Part shown: positions 17,316-26,400 of the stretch, piece after piece
Position numbering within the stretch: the stretch's first letter is position 1
How the letters are laid out: each line of letters begins with the position of its first letter
NCBI GenBank assembly: GCA_965247685.1
Contig: OZ252021.1
Location: forward strand, 630,001 to 662,000
Direction of reading: 5' to 3'
Origin: Bdellovibrionales bacterium
Lineage (GTDB): Bacteria > Bdellovibrionota > Bdellovibrionia > Bdellovibrionales > UBA1609
DNA length: 32,000 bases
Notes under the pieces: generated by a model
The model's database searches: none
Told to the model about the DNA's origin: nothing
The model's input: only the letters and a program-made list of their open reading frames with translations
Program-made: the position numbers and the translations under genes

Positions 17316-18185
17316 ATGATTAAAAATTATTTAAAACTCACTAAATTTGGAATCGTTTTTTTAGTCTTGCTCACAAGCCTAACAGGCTATGGAGCGAGCT
17401 CTTTTGAAGAACCTTTTTATTTAACTACACTTTTAATTCTTTTAGTAGGAATTTATTTTGTGAGCAGTGGTAGTTTCATTTTAAATCAAGCTCATGAAAG
17501 TAAATTAGATTCTCAAATGGACAGGACGAAAAATCGTCCTATTCCTCAAGGATTGATTTCTGTTTTTCAAGCTAATTTTTTAGGTGTTGCTTTTGTTGCA
17601 ATAGGTTTACTTTTTTTATCCTTTATTAATTTAGTTGTTGTTTTATTATCTTTAATAACGATTTTGCTTTATAATTTTTTTTATACACTAAGATGGAAAA
17701 CCCGTTATCCTTACGCCGCTGTGTTTTTTGGGGCTATTCCTGGAGCTTTACCTGTCGTTATTGGTTATTGTGCAGGGACAGCTTCTTTCTTATCTGTGGA
17801 ATGCGGTTATTTATTTTTGATCATGTTTTTATGGCAGATGCCTCATTTTTGGTCTCTTGCCTTTCGTTATAGACAAGACTATGCAAAAGCTGGAATTCCA
17901 GTTTTACCTTTGCATATTGGAGTAGATAGGAGTTTTTGGCATATTGGCTTATACACTCTTGCTTATTTAGGAGTTGCCCTTTTATGCCCTTTATTTTTGA
18001 AGACGAGTTTTATTTACACCGTTATTGCTTTTCCTTTATGTGTGAAAGTTCTTTTTGAATTTTATTATTTTTATAGACAAAGAAAGTGGCTTCCTTTTTT
18101 TTCTTGGTTGAATATAAGTCTTCTTGTTTTTTTAATAGTGCCTACTTTAGATCAAAAAATTATTTCTTTTTATTTAAATTTTTAA
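17316..18185 (+). CDS. ctaB: Protoheme IX farnesyltransferase (haem O synthase)
   Basis: UbiA-family motifs NQAHESKLDSQMDRTKNRPIP and FLWQMPHFWSLA. I prefer the ATG at 17316 (MIKNYLKLTKFGIV); the ORF track starts in frame at 17277, inside ctaF. Confidence 0.92.
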   Translation: MIKNYLKLTKFGIVFLVLLTSLTGYGASSFEEPFYLTTLLILLVGIYFVSSGSFILNQAHESKLDSQMDRTKNRPIPQGLISVFQANFLGVAFVAIGLLFLSFINLVVVLLSLITILLYNFFYTLRWKTRYPYAAVFFGAIPGALPVVIGYCAGTASFLSVECGYLFLIMFLWQMPHFWSLAFRYRQDYAKAGIPVLPLHIGVDRSFWHIGLYTLAYLGVALLCPLFLKTSFIYTVIAFPLCVKVLFEFYYFYRQRKWLPFFSWLNISLLVFLIVPTLDQKIISFYLNF

Positions 18186-18208
18186 TAAGGTATATTTAAA
18201 CTTCATTT

Positions 18209-18793
18209 ATGTCTCATAAGCCTCGTCTTGCTTTTTTATGTTCTGGAGAAGGTACAACCTTTGATTATCTTGCAAGGAATCCACTCTTTAAATCTATTTG
18301 CCTAATGACTAATAATAAAAATGCTTTAGCTTTAAAAAAGGCCGAAAATATTGGGATCACTTCTTTTATTTTTAGTTTAAAGAGTTACTCCACTTTTGAT
18401 CTCTGGGATGAGGCTATAGCGGAATGCTTAAAAAAACAAAATGTGGATCTTGTTATATTGGCAGGATTTTTAGCTCCAGTGGGAGTAAAGGTTTTAAAGA
18501 TTTTTAAGAATCGAGTTTTAAATTCCCACCCAGCACTGTTACCTCAATATGGCGGTAAGGGTATGTATGGAATTCATGTTCATCGATCGGTGTGTTTATC
18601 TAAAGAAAAATTTACAGGGGTGAGCATCCATTATGTGAATGAAGAGTATGATAAAGGAAAAATTATTGCTCAACGGAAAATACAGGTTTTTCCTAATGAT
18701 ACTCCTGAAAGTTTACAGGATCGTGTTAAAGAAATTGAAAAACCTTTTTATGCTGAAATAATAAATCAAATTTGGAAGGATATGAAAGGATAA
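18209..18793 (+). CDS. purN: Phosphoribosylglycinamide formyltransferase
   Basis: 194 aa. LAFLCSGEGTTF, LAGFL and NSHPALLPQYGGKGMYG..VH match the PurN active-site region (N.HP.LLP). Confidence 0.9.
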   Translation: MSHKPRLAFLCSGEGTTFDYLARNPLFKSICLMTNNKNALALKKAENIGITSFIFSLKSYSTFDLWDEAIAECLKKQNVDLVILAGFLAPVGVKVLKIFKNRVLNSHPALLPQYGGKGMYGIHVHRSVCLSKEKFTGVSIHYVNEEYDKGKIIAQRKIQVFPNDTPESLQDRVKEIEKPFYAEIINQIWKDMKG

Positions 18794-18834
18794 ATCATAT
18801 TTTTTTAAATGAAGAAGTGATATGTTATTGAAAT

Positions 18835-19683
18835 ATGAGTCTTAAAAATATAAAAAAAATTTTATCCCTTGCTATGAAAGGGGGTGTGATAGGTCTAGCT
18901 TTAGCCATTCCCGGTGTGTCTGCTGGAACTATGGCTTTTATTACAGGTCTTTACTCTCAGCTTATTTCATTTGTTTCCTCTTTTGCACCTTCAGCTTTAA
19001 AAAGGAAATGGAAATTTTTATGGTCTTCGTTTTTATATCTTTTTCCTGTATTTTTAGGGATGGCTATATCCTTTTTGATGGCAGCTCGATGGATAGTTTT
19101 AATTATTGAGCAATTTCCTATTTTGTCCTATTCGTTTCTTTCAGGAATTATCTTAATGAGTGTAGGATACTTATTTCGTCAAATGAAATTAAGTGTAATC
19201 AATATTATTATCTTTTTTTTATCTGCAATTTTAAGCTTTTCTTTATCTTTTTTTCAAGAGTTGTTTTTTAGCGGATCTTTTTGGTTTTTTCTTTCTGTTT
19301 ATTTTTCTGTTTTAGCAATGCTTCTTCCAGGAGTTTCTGGATCTTATATTCTTGTTTTAATGGGGACTTACTCTCGTTTTTTAAGTGCTTTTCATACTTT
19401 TTCTTTAGATTTATTGATTATCTTTTTTGCTTTTGCAATCAGCTTGATTGCAGGAGCTCAATTTATTCAATATTTATTAAAGTATAAAAAAGAAAAAATG
19501 ATAGCCTTTTTAACAGGTTTAACGTTAGGCGGAGGTTTAGGGGTATTCCCGTTAAAGACTCAGGGTCAATTTATAGAAAAAGGCTTGTCAAGTTTTGTTC
19601 TTTTTACTTTGGGCTTATTTTTAGTGGGGTTCTCTTTAAAATTTGTATCTTATTGGACCACTTTAATAAAAAAAATAAGATAA
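18835..19683 (+). CDS. DUF368-family polytopic membrane protein (family recently linked to undecaprenyl-phosphate recycling)
   Basis: 282 aa with about 8 TM segments. The duplicated signature IPGVSAGTMAFITGLY and LPGVSGSYILVLMG is typical of DUF368. Confidence 0.85.
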   Translation: MSLKNIKKILSLAMKGGVIGLALAIPGVSAGTMAFITGLYSQLISFVSSFAPSALKRKWKFLWSSFLYLFPVFLGMAISFLMAARWIVLIIEQFPILSYSFLSGIILMSVGYLFRQMKLSVINIIIFFLSAILSFSLSFFQELFFSGSFWFFLSVYFSVLAMLLPGVSGSYILVLMGTYSRFLSAFHTFSLDLLIIFFAFAISLIAGAQFIQYLLKYKKEKMIAFLTGLTLGGGLGVFPLKTQGQFIEKGLSSFVLFTLGLFLVGFSLKFVSYWTTLIKKIR

Positions 19684-19746
19684 AACTAGAAATAGAATTT
19701 AATAAATTCTACAATACAGCAATATTTTGTTGAAGGTCGTAGGTGT

Positions 19747-20877
19747 ATGAGATATTTCTTTCTTTATATATTTCTTTTTAGTTTTTTATCTTATGGAAAG
19801 CCTATTATGGAGAAAGCTACTTTTGCAGGAGGATGTTTTTGGTGTACGGAAACTCCTTTTGAAAGTTTAAATGGAGTTCAAAGTGTGATTTCAGGTTACG
19901 CGGGAGGCTCTACGAAGAATCCTACTTACGAAAAAGTAAGTAGTGGAAAAACAGATTATGTAGAAAGTGTACAAATCACTTATGATGCTAAAAAAATATC
20001 TTATACAGAACTGTTAGATATTTTTTGGAGAAATATTAATCCGACTCAAAAAAATGGTCAATTCAAAGATATAGGATCTCAATATCGTACAGTTATTTTT
20101 TATCATAGTTCTTCTCAAAAAAAATTAGCTGAAGAGTCTAAGAAAAAATTGGAGCAAAGTAAAATTTTTGATAAACCTATTGTAACTGAAATTCAATCTG
20201 CTGGTCAATTTTTTCCTGCTGAAGAGTCTCACCAAGATTATTATAAAAAAAATCCCATTCGATACAAACTGTATCGTTTAGGAAGTGGTCGAGATCGTTT
20301 TCTTAAAGACACTTGGTCGAAAAAAAAAGAACAATGCTCTACAGGCTCTTCAAAAAATCAAGAACAATCAAATAAAGATGGACAGTGTACATCTTCGAAT
20401 CACGAAGACTTAAAAAGTCGTCCTTCAAAAAATGAGAATTCTTTTTTAAATGAGGATTTAAATAAAGCTAAATCCCAACTCACTCCACTACAGTATCAGG
20501 TCACTCAAAAAGATAAAACAGAATCTGCTTTTAAGAATAAATATTGGAATCATTATGAAAAAGGGATTTATGTGGATGTGGTATCTGGAGAGCCTTTATT
20601 TAGTTCGTTAGATCAATTTGACTCCAAAACAGGATGGCCTTCCTTTACTCGGCCTATTGATTCTCAATACATTCAGACGAGAGATGATTATAAATTATTT
20701 CTAAAAAGAACAGAGGTGAGGTCTAAAATTGGAAATTCTCATCTGGGTCACATCTTTAAAGATGGCCCGCCTCCTGCGGGTCTTCGTTATTGTATTAATT
20801 CGGCCTCTTTGCGTTTTATTCCTTTTGATCAGCTAAAAGGACAAGGTTATGGTAAATTTGTTCATTTATTTGACTAA
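19747..20877 (+). CDS. msrAB: Exported bifunctional methionine sulfoxide reductase MsrA-MsrB
   Basis: 376 aa. Signal peptide, MsrA GGCFWC motif, a polar Lys/Ser/Asn-rich low-complexity linker, then MsrB motifs GWPSF and RYCINS. Confidence 0.93.
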   Translation: MRYFFLYIFLFSFLSYGKPIMEKATFAGGCFWCTETPFESLNGVQSVISGYAGGSTKNPTYEKVSSGKTDYVESVQITYDAKKISYTELLDIFWRNINPTQKNGQFKDIGSQYRTVIFYHSSSQKKLAEESKKKLEQSKIFDKPIVTEIQSAGQFFPAEESHQDYYKKNPIRYKLYRLGSGRDRFLKDTWSKKKEQCSTGSSKNQEQSNKDGQCTSSNHEDLKSRPSKNENSFLNEDLNKAKSQLTPLQYQVTQKDKTESAFKNKYWNHYEKGIYVDVVSGEPLFSSLDQFDSKTGWPSFTRPIDSQYIQTRDDYKLFLKRTEVRSKIGNSHLGHIFKDGPPPAGLRYCINSASLRFIPFDQLKGQGYGKFVHLFD

Positions 20878-20958
20878 ATTCCAATAAGTTCTTTGTTTTC
20901 TTCTTAATTTTCTTATATAAAATAATTTTTTTTAAACTATTAAGTTTTACTTTTAATT

Positions 20959-22164
20959 ATGAATATATCGATAAAAAAATTTGGCGGAAGTTCAATAGGA
21001 TCTATAGCTCGTATTAATCAAGTTGCTGAGAGAGTAGCTTTGTCCCATAAAAAAGGAGAAAAGATTGTACTTGTTGCTTCAGCTATGGCGGGGGATACTG
21101 ATCGGTTAGATCAAATGGCGAAAAAATTTCATTTTAATCATGGACTTGCCTACGATATGCTACTGGCTTCAGGAGAACAAGTGAGTGTTAGTTTACTTTC
21201 TTTAGCTCTAGAGACTCAAGGAGTGAAAGCTCAACCTATTTTAGCTTATCAATTGGGCATTCAAACAGATTCTATTTTTTCTGAAGCTAGAATAAAAAAT
21301 ATTAATACAGACTTAATTCTACAAATTTTAAAAGAAAATAAAATTCCTGTAGTTGCTGGATTTCAAGGTGTAAATTCTAAAAATCAAATTACCACTTTAG
21401 GAAGAGGAGGGAGTGATACTACTGCAGTAGCTCTAACAGCAGCACTTCAGCAGGATACTTGTGAAGTTTACACGGATGTTCCGAGTATTTACACAGCAGA
21501 TCCGAGAAAAATACCTCAAGCTCAAAAAATTCATCACCTCAGCTTTGACGAAATGATGGAAATGGCTATATTAGGAGCAAAAGTTCTTCACTTTAGATGT
21601 GTAGAGCTTGCGTCTAAATTTAATATTAAAATTCATCTCAGATCAAGTTTTGAAAAAGAAGGAGGCACTTGGGTGTCTCAAAAGGAGGAAAATATGGAAA
21701 ATCCTATAGTCTCATCAGTTTTAAGTGATGAAAATATTACTGTGATCAAACTATTCCCAATCCCTATGGGAGTTGAGTTTATTTCTCATGTCTTTCATTT
21801 ATTATCCAAAGAGTCTATTTTAGTTGATGTGATTTCGCAAAGTTATAATCAAGAAGGACAAAGATTAGCTTTTTCTATAAAGGAGGAAAAAACAAATCGT
21901 GTAATAGAGATATTATCTTCTTTAATTGAAAAAGATAAAATTTCAATTGTTCAAAATGTTTGTAAGGTGTCAATCATAGGTGTTGGCATGGCTCATCATT
22001 CAGGTGTTGCTGCAAAGTTTTTTGATGTTTTGAATCAAACCTCAGCACATCTTCATTTGGTCACTACTTCTGATATTAAAATTAGCGCTATTATAGATAA
22101 AAAAGATGTTTCCAAAGTTATGAGAAAATTGCATCATACTTTTATTACGAATCCTGAAATGTAA
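20959..22164 (+). CDS. lysC: Aspartate kinase
   Basis: 401 aa. KFGGSS, GRGGSDTTAVALTAAL, VYTDVPSIYTADPR and C-terminal ACT-like repeats. Confidence 0.93.
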   Translation: MNISIKKFGGSSIGSIARINQVAERVALSHKKGEKIVLVASAMAGDTDRLDQMAKKFHFNHGLAYDMLLASGEQVSVSLLSLALETQGVKAQPILAYQLGIQTDSIFSEARIKNINTDLILQILKENKIPVVAGFQGVNSKNQITTLGRGGSDTTAVALTAALQQDTCEVYTDVPSIYTADPRKIPQAQKIHHLSFDEMMEMAILGAKVLHFRCVELASKFNIKIHLRSSFEKEGGTWVSQKEENMENPIVSSVLSDENITVIKLFPIPMGVEFISHVFHLLSKESILVDVISQSYNQEGQRLAFSIKEEKTNRVIEILSSLIEKDKISIVQNVCKVSIIGVGMAHHSGVAAKFFDVLNQTSAHLHLVTTSDIKISAIIDKKDVSKVMRKLHHTFITNPEM

Positions 22165-22178
22165 GTAGAGGTTTTAAT

Positions 22179-23405
22179 ATGTCTGTAATTTATAAAAATA
22201 ATCGCCTTTCCTTATTTCAAAATGATCAACATATAGATTTATTATCTCTAGCTCATAAAATTGACCAGCCTTTTTATTTATATGATATTAACGGAGCTAT
22301 TCAACGGCTTAAGGATTTTAAACAGTACGTTCATCCTGCAGAAGTTTATTATTCTATTAAATCTAATAACCATTTTTCCTTTATTCAGTCTTTTTTAAAA
22401 GAAGGAATTGGAGTGGATATTGTTTCTGAAGGAGAGTTAAATCATAGTTTAAAATTTAAGTATTCTCCACAAAAAATTATTTTTTCTGGTGTAGGGAAAA
22501 CAAAAAAAGAAATTGAAACTGCTGTTCGAAATAATATTCTTCAGATTAATGTGGAATCTTTACAAGAGTTGGAGCGTATTGGTCAAATTTGTAAAGGATT
22601 AAAATTAAAAGCTCGTGTGGCTTGTCGTATTAATCCTAATGAATCTTTAAAGACTCATCCTTTTATTCAAACGGGAACGAGTGATCATAAATTTGGCTTA
22701 GAGGAAAATTTGCTCCCCTCTTTTTTAGAAATTTTGAAGAAATACTCTTCCTTAAGTTTTCAGGGTTTAGCAATGCATATGGGGTCTCAAGGTTTATCCA
22801 TCGATCCTATTCTTAGAGGTGCAAAAAAACTAAAAGCTATTTATGAAAAATTAAATACTGAAGGTTATTCACTTACGACACTAGATGTTGGTGGGGGGGT
22901 AGGAATTGATTATGAGAGTGATGATTTGAATTCAGACTTAAAAAGAATTCAAAAATATGGAGAGGGGTTGAAAAAGATATTCTATAATTTTTCTGGTCGT
23001 CTGTTTTGCGAGCCTGGTCGTATTTTAACTGCACGATATGGATGGTTGTTAGGTGAAGTGCAATATATTAAGCAAACAGCTAAAAAAAGTTTTGTTATTT
23101 TAAATACAGGGATGAATCATTTAATTCGACCTGTGATGTATCAAGCCCATCATCGTGTGGTTCCTTTGATTGCTGGTTCTTCTTCACAACAAAAATACAC
23201 CATAGCAGGGCCAATATGCGAGTCTGCGGATGTACTAGCAAGGGATCGATTGCTTCCAACTTTAAAAAGTGGAGACTGGCTTGCCTTTTGTGATACAGGA
23301 GCTTATGCAGCGGTCATGTCTTCATCTTATAATATGCAGTCATCTGCTTTGGAGTTAGCTTATTTGAATGGAAATTTCATCGAAGAAAAAGCTAAGCTAT
23401 TCTGA
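22179..23405 (+). CDS. lysA: Diaminopimelate decarboxylase
   Basis: 408 aa. PLP-lysine context YYSIKSNN, HMGSQ, CEPGR, GPICESADV and DTGAY. An AGAGG RBS is present. Confidence 0.93.
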   Translation: MSVIYKNNRLSLFQNDQHIDLLSLAHKIDQPFYLYDINGAIQRLKDFKQYVHPAEVYYSIKSNNHFSFIQSFLKEGIGVDIVSEGELNHSLKFKYSPQKIIFSGVGKTKKEIETAVRNNILQINVESLQELERIGQICKGLKLKARVACRINPNESLKTHPFIQTGTSDHKFGLEENLLPSFLEILKKYSSLSFQGLAMHMGSQGLSIDPILRGAKKLKAIYEKLNTEGYSLTTLDVGGGVGIDYESDDLNSDLKRIQKYGEGLKKIFYNFSGRLFCEPGRILTARYGWLLGEVQYIKQTAKKSFVILNTGMNHLIRPVMYQAHHRVVPLIAGSSSQQKYTIAGPICESADVLARDRLLPTLKSGDWLAFCDTGAYAAVMSSSYNMQSSALELAYLNGNFIEEKAKLF

Positions 23406-23450
23406 AAACTTCCTTGATTATTTTTGAATTAAAAAGTGATCTTTAAAGCA

Positions 23451-26400
23451 TTAAAATCCTGTTGCATGAATAACTGAATCTGTCATATTTTTTTGTTGTT
23501 GTATTTCTTCGAGTTGCTTTTGCAATCGGAGAATCCCGTGAATGATTATTACATTGGATTTTTCTTTGTTTGTGAGTTCATCAATATCTTCTATGTTTAT
23601 TGAAAGTAAAGATGCTGTTGTTTGATATATAATATTCTGCCATATTACATCTTTACCGTCTATATTTACTGTTTTTGGACCAGGAGGGAATATGTATATA
23701 TTTAATATTTCTGAACCAGGAGGGAATCTTTTATTTTCTTCGAAAAACCAGTTGAATACTTGTCGATATAAGTTTGGTTCATCACATTTTTGTTCTATAC
23801 ATTCTGTAAAGAAGGCATCCATTTTTTCCAGCGTCCAATTTTTCCATTTACTCACTTCATCAGTATCTTTAATCTTCTTTAAAAGATCGAAATAATACTC
23901 CGTCTGAGTCCTAATAGATTGGAAGGTTCCTTTTGGCAGCTCATCGATTTTAGTTGTATTGTAAGATCTGTAATCTCTTACTCCAGGAGTATCAGACAAT
24001 ACGAGATGTATGCTTTCATCACTAATCATGGGAATTAACTTTGTATCGTACATATTTCTATAAGCTATTTCAAAGCAATCCATAATTAAATTATACTGTG
24101 TATTTACTTTCTCTTTTACTTCTTCATCTATTGTATTATCTAAGATAAGTTCAAGTAAATTATTATAGGACTTCTTTTCAATCTTATAGGTGCTATAGAA
24201 AGCTTGTACTGGATTTTGTTTTTGATTGCAAATATCTTCTTTCACATCTTTTGGAATATTACTAACAAGTTGAGGAATTTTAAACTGATAAGGTCCTGCA
24301 GGTATTTTATCAAAAGATGGAAGTTTTTCTGTAAGATCTGCAACTCCTGTTGTAGAAGAGCATTGATCTTGTATATTTTCAATAGTGGGAATGCTATCTT
24401 CACAAACCATTTGGAAAACCATTTCTTCTAAAGGGTAATTTCCCGCATACTGAGTAAAGAACTTATTATAAGACCAAGTGTTTTGATCTGTTCGGAGCTT
24501 CATTTTTTGTTTAAGAGAATCGCTACGTGTAACAAAGAATAAAGGAGTAGAATAAACCTTTGGATCTTCGCCTTCAATTTTTAATGTTTCTTTCACAGAA
24601 AGAAGAACGTCAGAAACAGGTGTGGATGATACGATTAATTCAATACCAGCAACTACAGGAGAGATTGGATCAGAAGTAAATAGTTCAAGTCGTCTGGCAG
24701 CATTTTTAGCTCTTGAAAATTTTTCATCAATCCATTGATTCATCATTTGAATTCCGGCAGATATTTTTTCTAAATTTTGGTTTTTAATCTCTTTATATTC
24801 TGAATGACATTTTTCTAATTCCTTTGTCTCCATGCAGTTCCTAAAATCTGTATTTCTAATATCTTGCTCAGTAGTAACCTTAATGGAGAATAGTTTTTTA
24901 ATTCGACATAAATTTTTATTATCATTTTCTGGGTCAAAAAAAGTTTTACTCGTTTTTTTAAAATAAGAGTATTTTGATTCTGTATCTAATATATCATCTA
25001 TACTTAAATCATTATCACATTTATTCTCATTTAAATATTCATCAATGAGTCCAATAGATTTTTCTAACTTTAGAGTAAGGCTAGGTGAATCACTTTCTGA
25101 ATTATAATAGTATGGCTTTAAATTATTGTAAGCTGGATCTAAATCTGGATTTGAAGCTGGATCTAAATCTAATGTATCTAGATCTTTGATCTCACCTAAA
25201 AAACTTTCAAATTCGTTATGAATCATCTTCACTTCGGAAACACTTTTTTCCCACTCTATATGGGCATAGGCAAATTCATGGAGTTGTTTCATTCTCCACA
25301 TATTCATTTCAAAATCATGTTTTTCAATTAAAGAACTAAGGTAGGAAGCAAAACAATCCTCATTAGGAGTGACATTGTTCCATATAGTAGACATAGACTC
25401 AAACCAATCTTGATCTGAAAAATCTATTGCACTACATTCTTCATTCTCAGAAGATTTGTTTTCAAACTCCCCATTCTTACTTAAAAGGCCATCTATTTCA
25501 TTTCGGATTCCGAACACACGTTCAGCTAAGTTCTTTATTTGCAGGGGGCGTACAACGTAAGGCTCAAAGAGATAAGTGTTAAGTTCAAAGAAAACAAACA
25601 TATGAAAAAAACTTGCACCTGCTACTGTGAAGCCATTGAGTTTTCCAAAGAGTCTTCCAAGTACAGAGCCTATTTTACTTAAACCACCTATTTTCCATGA
25701 TGGGATTTTTTCTCGTACAGTAGGTTTATTCATGAAATTTCTAACAGAATTCTTACCCTTATTGTACATCACACTCGAGGATTGGGTTAGTAAATTAGCT
25801 GATATTGCAGAAGGAATAAGTCCCCCAAAAATGGAAGGTATCCATTCGTCTCCCTTATTAGTCCAATTACTATAGGCAAATTGGCAATAGTCTAAATAAT
25901 TTTTGTCTTCTCTTTTTTCTTGACTCCAAAACCCTAAAAAACATTGCTTAAGATTTATGTCTGCTGAAATTTCATGAACAATACTACTGACAAACATACC
26001 AGCAGAGAGTGCAAGAGGCATTCTCATCCCTTTCAAACCAATTCTTAGGGAATGTCTTACATTGTTAAAGGCCTTTCTTCGACCTCGATTGAGTTCATCT
26101 ATTGGGACACCTCTCGTAAGAGATTCTCTCATTTGCTTCTTGTAGTTATTGTCCAAATCTAATAGCTTGTTAAGACTTCTTGCTGTGAGACCATTCATCT
26201 TATCTGCAGTATATACAAAAAGAAAGAAACTGAGTATTCCAGAGGGAGAGGTAAATTGATCTACAAACGTAGGTAGGAAATCTGGGTTTGCACTTTGATC
26301 TTCATTAAAAATACCGTCCCAAAACACATCTTTAGCGACCATAGTTGCTCCTATTGTTAGGTAAAATATGGTAGCTGATTTTGGAAATCCTTTTATTATT

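Noticed and set aside
10366-19487. Short ORFs at 10366-10626(-), 11771-11986(-), 13491-13709(-), 13717-13932(-), 14833-15015(+), 16446-16718(+) and 19281-19487(+)
   Set aside because: Each is nested within, or antisense to, a gene with unambiguous family motifs (secA, the zinc-ribbon gene, SCO1, coxB, coxA, coxC, DUF368). None has an RBS or a recognisable domain.
25131-25170. 16-nt direct repeat agctggatctaaatct (25131-25146 and 25155-25170) inside the giant gene
   Set aside because: It is a real but tiny 8-codon tandem duplication (DLDPASNPDLDPAYN). It is too short to assign any significance beyond local slippage.
23692-25875. Plus-strand ORFs 23692-23895, 24204-24431 and 25627-25875
   Set aside because: They are antisense to the 1442-aa ORF and have compositionally biased products.
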